The translations under genes and the position numbers were made by a program. From NCBI GenBank assembly GCA_040752415.1, contig JBFMGU010000015.1, forward strand, positions 6,458-70,457: DNA of 64,000 bases, written 5' to 3'. The notes below the pieces were generated by a model. That model saw only the letters and a program-made list of their open reading frames with translations, did not search any database and was not told the origin of the DNA. Of the stretch, positions 18,647 to 26,629 are shown in pieces. The stretch comes from Myxococcota bacterium. GTDB taxonomy: Bacteria > Myxococcota > JACRCW01. Positions within the stretch are counted from its first letter, which is position 1, and the number at the start of each line of letters is the position of its first letter.

Positions 18647-18763
18647 GGCTCTTTCCCGGGGCCGCGACGACGTGCCCGGCACGAGGGTGGTTCCGGGACG
18701 AACTCTGGGTCAAGTGCCCGGTTGGCGCCGTTGTTACACCCGCGGGGAAGACGGAGGTGGTCC

Positions 18764-19471
18764 ATGTCCGAGTCAGCGCGTCCGCGTGGGGTGCTCCTGG
18801 ACCTCGACGGCACGTTGGTGGACAGCAACGACGCGCACGCGCACGCCTGGGCGGAGGCGCTGACCCGCGCGGGATGGCACGTCAGCTTCGAGGATGTTCG
18901 CCCCCGCATCGGCATGGGCGCGGACAAGCTGATCCCGCTCTTCACCGGCATGCCGGCCGAGAGCGAGAACGCGCAGGAGCTGGCACGTCGTCGCACGCGG
19001 CTGTTCCTGGAGAGCCATCTCCCCCACGTGCGTCCCTTCCCACGCACGCGTGAGCTGCTCCTGCGCATGCGCCAGGAACGTCTGCGGCTCATCCTGGCCA
19101 CCAGCGCCCGCGACGAGGAGCTGGCGGGTCTGCTCACCATGGCCGGCGTGGCGGACCTGCTGGACGCGCACACCAGCGCGGATGACGCCGGCGCCTCCAA
19201 GCCCGACCCCGACGTCATCCTGGCCGCGGTGAAGCTCAGCGGACTGCGCCCGGCCCAGCTGGTCCTGCTCGGGGACACGCCCTACGACGTGACCGCGGGG
19301 CGAAGCGCGGGGGTGCCGGTGATTGCGCTGCGTTGTGGCGGATACTGGACGGACCGTGACCTGGCCGGCGCGGTGGCCATCTACGACAGCCCCGCGGCGC
19401 TGCTGGCCGGTTTCGAGTCCTCGCTGCTGGGGCGGGGGCGCGGTGGGGAGCTTACAGCCGGCGCTCCATGA
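18764..19471 (+). CDS. HAD-superfamily hydrolase (phosphatase)
   Basis: Motif I is LLDLDGTLVDS, motif II is ILATSA, and the third is LGDTPYDV. This is the last 236 aa of the ORF-track entry 17777..19471. Confidence 0.8.
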   Translation: MSESARPRGVLLDLDGTLVDSNDAHAHAWAEALTRAGWHVSFEDVRPRIGMGADKLIPLFTGMPAESENAQELARRRTRLFLESHLPHVRPFPRTRELLLRMRQERLRLILATSARDEELAGLLTMAGVADLLDAHTSADDAGASKPDPDVILAAVKLSGLRPAQLVLLGDTPYDVTAGRSAGVPVIALRCGGYWTDRDLAGAVAIYDSPAALLAGFESSLLGRGRGGELTAGAP

Positions 19472-19940
19472 GCAGCACGCCCTCGTCGAGGGAGGTGCGT
19501 CTCACGAATCCGTGATGGCTCATGAAGCTCTGCTCGCGCACCTCACTGGCGGGCACGGCGGCGCAGACGGAGTGGCATCCCAGCTGTCGGAACGCGTGAA
19601 GCTGCGCGTGCACCAGGTGGCCGCCCACGCCCAGGCCCCGCATGTCCGGGTGCACCACCAGGCGCAAGCACCAGCCCACGCGCGGGTTCTGCTCATCCAC
19701 GCGGCCCAGGATGACGCCCACCAGCTCTTCACGTCGTCGACTGGCGCCGAGCTGGACCCAGGGACACAGCGAGAGGGCCCGGAGCTGGGAGCGCAGGCCG
19801 GCCTCGGTGTACGGACCGGGGGAGAGCAGCAGCAGGGCCAGCGCCGCGTCCTGGTCGGCGGGCGTCAACGGAAAGACCCCCACGCGCTGTGGCTCCTGTG
19901 CCGTCGACGAACGACCATCCATGGCAACCATGCGCGCCAA
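19452..19940 (-). CDS. GNAT-family N-acetyltransferase
   Basis: The 162-aa protein has a RGLGVGGHLV acetyl-CoA binding loop. Confidence 0.65.
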   Translation of the reverse strand: MARMVAMDGRSSTAQEPQRVGVFPLTPADQDAALALLLLSPGPYTEAGLRSQLRALSLCPWVQLGASRRREELVGVILGRVDEQNPRVGWCLRLVVHPDMRGLGVGGHLVHAQLHAFRQLGCHSVCAAVPASEVREQSFMSHHGFVRRTSLDEGVLLMERRL

Positions 19941-20042
19941 CCTCCTGTGCTCCGTGAAGGGGATGCCGCTCCCGCCACGTGGGATGTGCGGGACGCTGGC
20001 CAGACATGCGCGGAGGTGAGTGGCCCCAGGCCAAGAGGCGTC

Positions 20043-20720
20043 CTAACGAAGCGGTGCGTGCACTTCAGCCGCGCGGGGCCGACCCCGACGCAGCGCACGG
20101 GCCATGACGGTGAGATCCTCCACGAAGCGACGGGTCTCCAGCGCGCGGGTCTCGTCGTCGGGAGCGCGCAGGATGGCGGATGGGTGCACCGTGGCCAGCA
20201 CCAGCTCCGCCAGCGGAGAGGTGACCAGCTCCCCGCGTTGTCGAGACACGCGGAAGTCCTTCCCCAGCAGCGCCTGCGCCGCGGTGGCGCCCAGGCACAC
20301 CAGGCCCCGAGGTCGAACCTGCTCGATCTCGGCGTGGAGCCAGGGCAGGCACGCCGCCATCTGCGCTTCGCTGGGTTTCTTGTGGATTCGTCGCTTGCCG
20401 CGTGGCTCCCAACGGAAATGCTTCACCACGTTGGTGATGTAGATGCGGTCCGGATCCAGTCCGGCTTCCGCGGCGGCCTTGCGCAACAGCCTCCCGGAAG
20501 GCCCCACAAAGGGCTTGCCCTGCAGATCCTCGTCGTTCCCGGGCTGCTCTCCCACGAACATCAGCTCGGCGTGCGGGTCGCCATCGCCAAACACCGTCTG
20601 GGTGGCGTTGCGGTACAGGTCACATCCCTGGCACTCCGCCGCGGCCTGGCGCAGCGTGCGCAGCGAGCGTTTCTCCGGCAGGAACGGGAGGGCGGTGGGG
20701 AACGGGTTGCGTCGGGTCAT
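20043..20720 (-). CDS. udgX: Family-4-like uracil-DNA glycosylase of the UdgX type
   Basis: The start MTRRNPF is internal to ORF 20043..20921. Motif A is GEQPGNDED, the R-loop is GKRRIHKK and motif B is VHPSAIL. Four Cys (CQGC, AACLPW, VCLGA) could bind a [4Fe-4S] cluster. The gene overlaps fdxA by 4 nt. Confidence 0.75.
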   Translation of the reverse strand: MTRRNPFPTALPFLPEKRSLRTLRQAAAECQGCDLYRNATQTVFGDGDPHAELMFVGEQPGNDEDLQGKPFVGPSGRLLRKAAAEAGLDPDRIYITNVVKHFRWEPRGKRRIHKKPSEAQMAACLPWLHAEIEQVRPRGLVCLGATAAQALLGKDFRVSRQRGELVTSPLAELVLATVHPSAILRAPDDETRALETRRFVEDLTVMARALRRGRPRAAEVHAPLR

Positions 20721-21055
20721 GCGCCTCCCGGCTTGAGTGAGCGGTACTGCTTCTTGTCCGCCACGTCCTTCCACTTGTCCGCGTCGGGGAGCGCGGGTTT
20801 CTGCTTGGGGATGTTGGGCCATTGCTTGGAGAGCGTGGCGTTGAGCTCCTCGTACTCCTTCCACTTCTCCGGCAGGGAGCTGTCCGGGAAGATGGCGTTG
20901 GTGGGGCACGCGGGCTCGCACGCACCGCAGTCAATGCACTCATCCGGGTGGATGACCAGCCAGTTCTCGCCTTCGTAGAAACAGCTCACCGGACAGACTT
21001 CCACGCAGTCGGTGTACTTGCACTTGATGCAGGGCTCGGCCACCACGTACGGCAT
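20717..21055 (-). CDS. fdxA: 7Fe ferredoxin
   Basis: The 112-aa protein has [18 protein letters not shown] and [12 protein letters not shown] cluster motifs. It is the first 112 aa of the long antisense ORF 20717..23050. Confidence 0.85.
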   Translation of the reverse strand: MPYVVAEPCIKCKYTDCVEVCPVSCFYEGENWLVIHPDECIDCGACEPACPTNAIFPDSSLPEKWKEYEELNATLSKQWPNIPKQKPALPDADKWKDVADKKQYRSLKPGGA

Positions 21056-21217
21056 GCAACCTCCCCGGCCCGTCGTCGGGCGCAGCGGCCCATGTTTGTA
21101 ACGGAGGCCGCGGACGCGGGCAGCGCGCGGAGGTGACCTCGGGGTGACGTCGGGCTCGTGCCGGCGGGGAACCTCGCGCGGTTGGGCGGTGTCCGTGATG
21201 GACGGAAAGGGAACACC

Positions 21218-23509
21218 ATGCGAGCCCATCCGTCCCGCGCGCGGCCGGTGCTGCCGGCGCTGCTGTTCACGTTGGCGTCCACCTCCACGCTGGCCAGCCC
21301 CGCTCCCGACGACGTGGAGGCGCCGTACTTCCAGGTCACCACGCCCGGCGCCGTGGACGCGTTTCCGCTGAAGGACACCCGCGCGGAGGTGCGCATCTCC
21401 GGCGTGGTGGCGCACGTGCATGTCACGCAGACCTACCGCAACGACGGCAAGGCGACGCTGGAGGCCGAGTACGTGTTTCCCGCGTCGACGCGCGCGGCGG
21501 TGCACGGAATGAAGATGACCGTGGGCGCACGCACCATCACCGCGGCCATCCGCAAGCGCGACGACGCCAGACGCGAGTACGCGCGCGCCCGCGACGAGGG
21601 CCGTGCCGCATCCCTGCTGGACCAGGAGCGACCCAACGTGTTGCAGATGCACGTGGCCAACATCCGCCCGGGAGACCAGGTCACGGTGGGGCTGGACTAC
21701 GTGGAGCACCTGGTTCCCGAGGAGGGCGTCTACGAATTCGCGTATCCCGCCGTCGTGGGGCCGCGGTACGCGGGAGGTGTCGCGTCGGAGGAGCGCTGGG
21801 TGGCCAATCCGCACGTGGCCGCCGAGACGCCGCCGTTCAGCTGGGACCTCGCCGTGAACCTCACCGCGGGTGTGCCAATCCGGGAGCTGATGAGCCCTTC
21901 GCACACCATCGGGACGAACTTCGTGGGACCGGCGGAGGCGGACGTGGTGCTGGACGCCACCGAGCACAACCCGGGCAACCGCGACTTCATCCTCCGCTAC
22001 CGGCTCCAGGGTGACGACGTCACCACGGGGATGCTCCTGCACCCGGGAGACACGGAGGGCTTCTTCCTGCTCATGGCGCAGCCTCCGCAACGGGTTGAGC
22101 CCAGCATGATGCCGCCGCGCGAGTACGTGTTCATCGTCGACGTTTCCGGCTCCATGTCCGGCTTCCCGCTGAGCGTGGCCAAGGACCTCATGCGCAACCT
22201 GCTGGGCGGCATGCGCGGCGTGGACCTGTTCAACGTGCTCCTCTTCTCCGGCGGGTCCTCGGTGTTGGCGGAGGAGAGCGTGCCCGCCTCCGACGAGAAC
22301 GTGGCCCGGGCCATGGACCTCGTCGACAACCAGCACGGCGGCGGAGGCACGGAGCTGCTTCCCGCGCTGCAACGCGCCCTCAAGCTTCCACGGGACCATT
22401 CGCGCTCCCGCATGGTGGTGCTCATCACCGACGGATACGTGGGCGTGGAGGCGCGTGCGTTCGAGCTCATTCGCGAGCACCTGGACCGCACCAACGTGTT
22501 CGCGTTTGGCATCGGCAGCAGCGTGAACCGGCATCTCATCGAGGGGCTCGCGCGCGCGGGTGCCGGCGAGCCCACGGTGGTCACCAGCGGTGACGATGTG
22601 AAACGCGCCGCGGAGCGGTTCCAGCGGATGGTGTCGCAGCCGGTGCTCACGGACGTGGAGGTGCGCTTCGAGGGGATGGAGGTGCATGACCTGGAGCCCG
22701 CGCGCATCCCGGACCTGCTGGCCGAGCGGCCGGTGGTGATCATGGGCAAGTACCGCGGCGCCGCGCAGGGAAGGGTGATCCTCCGCGGGCGCAATGGTGG
22801 AAGCGTGGTGGAGCGTGTGCTGGATGTACCCACGCCCCCGACGGACGGACGACACTCCGCGCTGCGCACGTTGTGGGCGAGGCAACGCGTGGCGCACCTG
22901 GTGGACCTCTACGAGGTGGACGCCTCCGACGCGCGCGCCAAGACGGTCACCGCGCTGGGGCTGCAATACGGGTTGCTCACGCCGTTCACCAGCTTCGTGG
23001 CGACGGACAGCGAGCGCCGCAACGCGGGCGGTTCCGTCACCATCCGCCAACCCTTGCCGGCCGCCGAGGGCGTCACCGGGGGTGTTGCCGGCTTGATGGG
23101 AAAGAGCAGTGGCAGCGCCTACGGATATGGTGGCCTGGGGACGGGCTCCGGTGGCGGAGGTGCTGCGCGCGGCGGCGTCATGGCGGTGTACGGCACCCTC
23201 GGCAGGGCCAACGTCAGCGGCGCGTTGGACAAGGGCTCCGTGGCGCGCGTGATCAGGGCCGCGGACTTCCGCAAGTGTTACGATGTGGCGCTGCGAAAGG
23301 AGCCGAAGCTCGCTGGTCGCGTGACGTTGCGGCTGGTGATCAGCGCGGAGGGAAAGGTGACGGGCGCCACCACCGAGAGCACGGACATCACCGACGAGAA
23401 CATGCTGGCCTGCATCCGCAAGCGGGCCGCCCGGATGACCTTTCCCACGGGATCCGGCGAGCTGAAGGTCAGTTATCCGCTGGTGTTCCGCCCGGCGAAC
23501 GGAGGCTAA
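21218..23509 (+). CDS. VIT + von Willebrand factor A domain protein with a TonB_C-like (AgmX/PglI-type) C-terminal domain
   Basis: A signal peptide is followed by a VIT-like region, then a vWA MIDAS motif DVSGSMSG. A Gly-rich linker leads into a C-terminal domain of about 100 aa with a TonB-C pattern. Confidence 0.7.
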   Translation: MRAHPSRARPVLPALLFTLASTSTLASPAPDDVEAPYFQVTTPGAVDAFPLKDTRAEVRISGVVAHVHVTQTYRNDGKATLEAEYVFPASTRAAVHGMKMTVGARTITAAIRKRDDARREYARARDEGRAASLLDQERPNVLQMHVANIRPGDQVTVGLDYVEHLVPEEGVYEFAYPAVVGPRYAGGVASEERWVANPHVAAETPPFSWDLAVNLTAGVPIRELMSPSHTIGTNFVGPAEADVVLDATEHNPGNRDFILRYRLQGDDVTTGMLLHPGDTEGFFLLMAQPPQRVEPSMMPPREYVFIVDVSGSMSGFPLSVAKDLMRNLLGGMRGVDLFNVLLFSGGSSVLAEESVPASDENVARAMDLVDNQHGGGGTELLPALQRALKLPRDHSRSRMVVLITDGYVGVEARAFELIREHLDRTNVFAFGIGSSVNRHLIEGLARAGAGEPTVVTSGDDVKRAAERFQRMVSQPVLTDVEVRFEGMEVHDLEPARIPDLLAERPVVIMGKYRGAAQGRVILRGRNGGSVVERVLDVPTPPTDGRHSALRTLWARQRVAHLVDLYEVDASDARAKTVTALGLQYGLLTPFTSFVATDSERRNAGGSVTIRQPLPAAEGVTGGVAGLMGKSSGSAYGYGGLGTGSGGGGAARGGVMAVYGTLGRANVSGALDKGSVARVIRAADFRKCYDVALRKEPKLAGRVTLRLVISAEGKVTGATTESTDITDENMLACIRKRAARMTFPTGSGELKVSYPLVFRPANGG

Positions 23510-23886
23510 CGCGCGGCGAAGCCCACCACGTTCCCGCCCGGCTCCCGCACCCAGATCTCCGTGGCGCCGTAGAAGGTCTGCCGCTTGGGCTGCACCACGT
23601 CCACGCCCTTCAGCGCCGCTTCCAGCTCCGCGAAGCCGGTGACGTCGAGGTAGAGCAGGGTGGAGGTCACGTGGCTGGACAGCGCGGGGATGTCCTTCGT
23701 GATGCTCGCGCGGCTCTGGTACATGATTTCCACGCCGTCCTTGGCCAGGATGACAAAGCCCAGGTGGCCACCCTCCGGTACCTCCACGGTCTTCTTGAAG
23801 CCCAGCCGGTCCGTCCAGAAGGACAGGCAGGGTTCAATGGCATCCACCACCAGGATGGGCGCGAGCTTGTTGAGCTTGATGGCCAT
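23506..23886 (-). CDS. VOC-family (glyoxalase/bleomycin-resistance fold) protein
   Basis: The 126-aa protein shows the typical betaalphabetabetabeta pattern. I chose the start MAIKLNKL. Confidence 0.6.
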   Translation of the reverse strand: MAIKLNKLAPILVVDAIEPCLSFWTDRLGFKKTVEVPEGGHLGFVILAKDGVEIMYQSRASITKDIPALSSHVTSTLLYLDVTGFAELEAALKGVDVVQPKRQTFYGATEIWVREPGGNVVGFAAR

Positions 23887-23932
23887 GGTCTCCTCCTCGG
23901 AACGGAAGACCACGTCCTAGCACGACGAGCGC

Positions 23933-24403
23933 TCAGCGGAAGAAGGTCGCGTGACAGGCCACGCACGTTTCCGTCAGTTGCCCGAAGGCCCGGGCGATAT
24001 CCGCGTCATTCCCCTTGGCCGCCGTCCGGGCCAAAACCCCGGCGCGCTCCTGCAGCAGGTCCTGGATGATGAAGAACCGCTCGGGAATCTCCGCGTTGAC
24101 TTCGTTGCCGGTCATGCCCAGCGGCCGCGCCACCTTGGGCTCGCTGGCAATGCTGTCCGCCAAATGCTCCGTCTGATCATGCTCCAACAGCAGCACCGAC
24201 CAGATCAGCTCCTCCATGTCGTCGCCGTGGCGCATCATGCGCGGCCACACCACCACACGGGAAACCTCGTTGAGGTCCTCGCCGCCCGCCCGCGGCGGCG
24301 GAATGTCCGTGGCCACGTCCTGGTTGGCCCAGGCCTGCACCCCCATCGACGCAGCCACTCCCAACGCCAACCCGAAGAACAACCACCACGCGCGCGACTT
24401 CAT
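23933..24403 (-). CDS. Class II cytochrome c (cytochrome c'-like)
   Basis: A signal peptide is present. The single CxxCH motif, CVACH, sits within 10 aa of the C-terminus, and the protein is about 150 aa with helical predictions. Confidence 0.65.
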   Translation of the reverse strand: MKSRAWWLFFGLALGVAASMGVQAWANQDVATDIPPPRAGGEDLNEVSRVVVWPRMMRHGDDMEELIWSVLLLEHDQTEHLADSIASEPKVARPLGMTGNEVNAEIPERFFIIQDLLQERAGVLARTAAKGNDADIARAFGQLTETCVACHATFFR

Positions 24404-24480
24404 GGCGAACGCTCCAGTCCGGGACGGGGTCGACGTCACCTCGTCGCCGCGGAGGGGTGTGCATGCGCGGTGCCAGGGAA

Positions 24481-24819
24481 TCAGCGTTGCATCCGCTCCG
24501 CCAAGAACACATGCCGCCCCGCCTTCATGGCGCGCAGGCCCTGGACGGTGATCCGTTGACCGGTCACGACGTCCTGCCCGGCGACCAGGTGCACCTCCAA
24601 CACGTCATCCTGCGTGCGGAGCATGAGCTGCACGCCCTCCGGCACGCGCTTGAGGGCAACCACCTCTCCCTGCACCGTCTCCTCGCGGGTGACATCCCGT
24701 GCGTTGCTGGCAGCGGGCTTCTTCCATCCGTCCAGCGCCGCCGCCGTGGCGGGACCCAGCGGAACCGCAAGCGTGACGAGGACGAACAGCCCGTACACAG
24801 CCATGTTTTCACGCGACAT
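24481..24819 (-). CDS. Hypothetical small periplasmic protein
   Basis: The start MSRENMAVYGLFVLVTLAVPLG has a signal or TM segment followed by a beta-rich domain. Confidence 0.45.
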   Translation of the reverse strand: MSRENMAVYGLFVLVTLAVPLGPATAAALDGWKKPAASNARDVTREETVQGEVVALKRVPEGVQLMLRTQDDVLEVHLVAGQDVVTGQRITVQGLRAMKAGRHVFLAERMQR

Positions 24820-24925
24820 GATCAACGACCTCGCTGAATTGCGTCGTCGTTTCGCAAGAAACCTGCCATCATTCCCGAGCTGGGGTGATGGCGTGATGCG
24901 CAACGTGTGCGGGTGGAGGAAAACA

Positions 24926-25399
24926 ATGCGCTGGTTGGTGATGGCGACGTTGACGCTGGTGCTCGCCTGTGAGCGCTACGACGAGCCCAACCGTCCCCTG
25001 CCGCCGCTGCAGCTGGAGCATGTGGATGGGCGAGCGCTGGACTTGTCGTCGCTGCGCGGGCGCCCGGTGGTGATCAATCTCTGGTTGCCAGGTTGAGCGT
25101 CCTGTCTCCGGGAGTTGCCCGGAGTGGAAGCGGTCCGACGGGAATTCCAGCCCCGTGGCGTGGAGTTCATGGCGCTCTCGTTGCACCCGGTGGCGGATGA
25201 GGTGGTGCGCGCCGCCAGCAAGCATGGTGTGGGCTCGACGGTGGCGTTGGCGCGCGGTGAGGTGCTGGGACCCCTGGGGTTGCGCGTGGTGCCGGCCACG
25301 GTGTTCGTGGATGCCAAAGGCGTGATGGTGGCGTCCGCCGAAGGAGAACGGAGCGAGGCGTTCTTCCGACGACGGGTGAAGGCACTACTTGCGGAGTGA
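24926..25399 (+). CDS. TlpA/ResA-like lipoprotein thiol:disulfide oxidoreductase with an in-frame TGA (candidate selenocysteine, U-A-S-C motif)
   Basis: The lipobox is MRWLVMATLTLVLAC. The protein reads ...RPVVINLWLPG-TGA-ASCLRELPGVEAV...VPATVFVDAKG, which aligns residue-for-residue with TlpA (NLWATWCVPCRKEMP ... LVDPQG). The TGA sits at the first Cys of CxxC. ORF-track entries 24614..25096 and 25115..25399 share one frame. A SECIS-like hairpin follows. Confidence 0.6.
25106..25124 (+). other. Candidate bacterial SECIS hairpin
   Basis: A 7-bp stem CTCCGGG / CCCGGAG has the loop AGUUG. It starts 10 nt after the UGA at 25094-25096. Confidence 0.45.
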
Positions 25400-25678
25400 G
25401 GCGCGCGCGGATTCCAGCCAGCGGTCCTGCTGTTCCGGCGTTCCCTCCTCGAACTCACGCAGGTGCACCGGGCACATGAAGCCGATGACGACGCCGCGGT
25501 GCGTGGCGCGGAACGTGGGATTCAACGGGTCTCCCGCAACAGGCTCGCCGGAAACGGGACACACGCGGTTGCCCAGCACCGGCGCGTCGACGAGGGTGGG
25601 CCGCACCTCCGTGGATGGGGGCTCGGTGCACGCCGCGGCAGTGGACATCAGGAAGGTCACCAACAGGAACGTACGCAT
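25385..25678 (-). CDS. Small Cys-containing lipoprotein (YHS-like metal-binding motif)
   Basis: The start MRTFLLVTFLMSTAAAC gives a lipobox. The motifs CPVSGEPV ... GVVIGFMCPVHLREFEE resemble YHS/TRASH-type metal-binding proteins. This is the C-terminal 97 aa of ORF 25385..26437. Confidence 0.55.
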   Translation of the reverse strand: MRTFLLVTFLMSTAAACTEPPSTEVRPTLVDAPVLGNRVCPVSGEPVAGDPLNPTFRATHRGVVIGFMCPVHLREFEEGTPEQQDRWLESARASLRK

Positions 25679-25683
25679 CGTCG

Positions 25684-26433
25684 TCACCAGAACATGATCA
25701 CATAGCCACGGCCGCCCCACTCCCAACCCAACGAAACATGCGGCACCACGCCCAACGCCGCGCCTGCCACGAGCAGCATCCACACTCCCGAGATGGGGAG
25801 CAGCAGCGAGGGAATACGTTGCAGGAGGGAGACGCGGTCCAGGCGCAGCATCCGCGCCAGCATCATGACGCTGCCCAAAGGGACAGTGGTCATCAGCACC
25901 AGCAACAACATCACCAGCGCGCCGTGCAGCGGACTGCGCGTGCTCGCGGCCACCACCAACGCCCACGCCACGATCATGCACGGCAAGCCCGCCATGATGG
26001 TACCGAGCACCCACGAGCGACCGATGCTGCGTCCGTCGGCGAGCGCCACCAGGCGGGTCATCACGCGCGGCAGCAAAGGCCGTTGCCCCAACGTCACCAC
26101 GTCTGACCGGCGCTGGAGGTGACCACGCAGCGGCCAGAGGATCATGCCCAGCCCCAGCACGACGGAGAAGTAGGGCGCGGCGTGTTGCAGCACGTCGGAG
26201 ATGGAGCGGCCGAGCAGACCCGCCAGCGCACCCAGCAGCGCGTACACCGTGGCGCGACCGAGCTGGTACGCGGCGAGATGCGCCCCCACGCGACCCACGT
26301 TCGCGCCACGCGTGCAGCCGCCCAGGTCGAGCCCGAGCACCAACGGCCCGCACATGCCCGCACAGTGGAACGTGATCCACAGCAGGCCCAGGCTGATGAG
26401 CTGCGCATAGGCAGCGCTGACGACGGCGTCCAT
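25684..26433 (-). CDS. DsbD_2/UreH-like family membrane protein (conserved HCxxMCG and PC motifs)
   Basis: The start is MDAVVSAAYAQ. About six TM segments are predicted. HCAGMCGP lies in TM1 and a second LPCM lies in a later TM, like CcdA-type thiol transfer proteins. The gene is divergent from ccoI. Confidence 0.65.
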   Translation of the reverse strand: MDAVVSAAYAQLISLGLLWITFHCAGMCGPLVLGLDLGGCTRGANVGRVGAHLAAYQLGRATVYALLGALAGLLGRSISDVLQHAAPYFSVVLGLGMILWPLRGHLQRRSDVVTLGQRPLLPRVMTRLVALADGRSIGRSWVLGTIMAGLPCMIVAWALVVAASTRSPLHGALVMLLLVLMTTVPLGSVMMLARMLRLDRVSLLQRIPSLLLPISGVWMLLVAGAALGVVPHVSLGWEWGGRGYVIMFW

Positions 26434-26629
26434 GCAAGTTTCCCGGACGCTCCAGAGCAATCCTTGCGCCAGCTTTCCGCGCGTTGGGCCCTCACGCTCC
26501 AGCGCAACATCGCGCGCAACGGTTGCAGTCGTTCTTGCGTGCAACGCAGGGGTTTCGGACGCGCCCCCCGACCTTCCCCCCGGGAATCCACATGTTGGTT
26601 CGGCACGGCGCGTGCTCAGTGCCGCGGCA

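Noticed and set aside
18640-18682. Apparent 1-nt discrepancy (extra G) between my manual reading of the printed sequence and the ORF-track translation near the DUF4388 start
   Set aside because: I treated it as my own transcription or counting error. The ORF-track frames were used throughout, and manually read coordinates are flagged as plus or minus 1.
17777-18763. N-terminal 329 aa of the 564-aa plus ORF ending at 19471
   Set aside because: This portion is antisense to the DUF4388 gene. Only the terminal HAD-hydrolase portion from M at 18764 is coding.
21056-23050. Remainder of the 777-aa minus ORF beyond fdxA
   Set aside because: Only the first 112 codons (7Fe ferredoxin) carry domain content. 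The rest is antisense to the well-supported VIT-vWA gene.
25094-25096. TGA interpreted simply as a gene-inactivating nonsense mutation (tlpA pseudogene)
   Set aside because: Not fully rejected, but judged less likely than Sec recoding. The codon is exactly the catalytic Cys position, the downstream frame is intact with strong coding bias, and a hairpin sits at SECIS distance. The question can only be resolved with genome-wide Sec machinery and orthologue data.
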